64,000 nt of DNA from Antedon mediterranea (Eukaryota > Animalia > Echinodermata), in NCBI RefSeq assembly GCF_964355755.1, contig NC_092676.1, positions 501,788 through 565,787 on the forward strand. The letters are read 5' to 3'. This document shows positions 63,835 through 64,000 of this stretch, one piece after another; position 1 is the first letter of the stretch; each line of letters starts with the position of its first letter. The notes under the pieces are model-generated. The model was not told the origin of the DNA. It searched no databases and saw only the letters and a list, made by a program, of their open reading frames with translations. The position numbers were made by a program, and so were the translations under genes.

Positions 63835-64000
63835 TGATTGACGCCGTATTTACGATTGATTTACCTTTACCTTACCTTTAGGCTTGACGTAATTGCGTAC
63901 TTGACGCCGTTATAACGCTTGACGTAATTGCGTACTTGACGCCGTATTTACGATTGAAGTAATCGCGTACTTGGCGCCGCATTTACGCTTGACAGTAATC
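63835..64000. repeat. Degenerate CpG-rich tandem repeat at the window edge
   Basis: Recurring ttgacgccgtatttacgattga and ttgacgtaattgcgtac units. Confidence 0.7.

Overview
AT-rich, intron-rich animal genomic DNA, probably a marine invertebrate (inference only). Manual splicing at GT-AG junctions gives four protein-coding genes. (1) A delta-catenin/p120-family catenin (+, 5162-31103, about 1100 aa) with an N-terminal coiled coil, ARM repeats and a C-terminal DSWV motif. (2) INTS11/CPSF3L (+, 34975-41568, 20 exons, 605 aa), including a 12-nt microexon. (3) A compact Notch-ligand-like gene (+, 42963-47882, 478 aa): signal peptide, C2/MNNL, DSL, only 3 EGF repeats, TM and an acidic tail. (4) A CRACR2A/RASEF-type large Rab GTPase (-, 51021 to at least 61966) whose 5' end is unresolved. 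Introns hold four homogeneous minisatellites (53, 69, 38 and 73 bp units), two multi-copy Harbinger-like MITE families, other MITEs and SINE remnants; most long ORFs in the supplied track are artefacts of these repeats. Best leads: phase-1 cassette exons before the ARM domain, one ending in a TAG-CAA-TTG readthrough-like context followed by a hydrophobic extension; inverted MITE copies bracketing the in-frame Rab NKxD exon; repeats clustered just 3' of splice donors; exon-end plus donor duplications in INTS11; the DOS-less minimal DSL ligand; and a CagA EPIYA-like motif in the catenin tail. All splice models are hand-derived and need transcript data.
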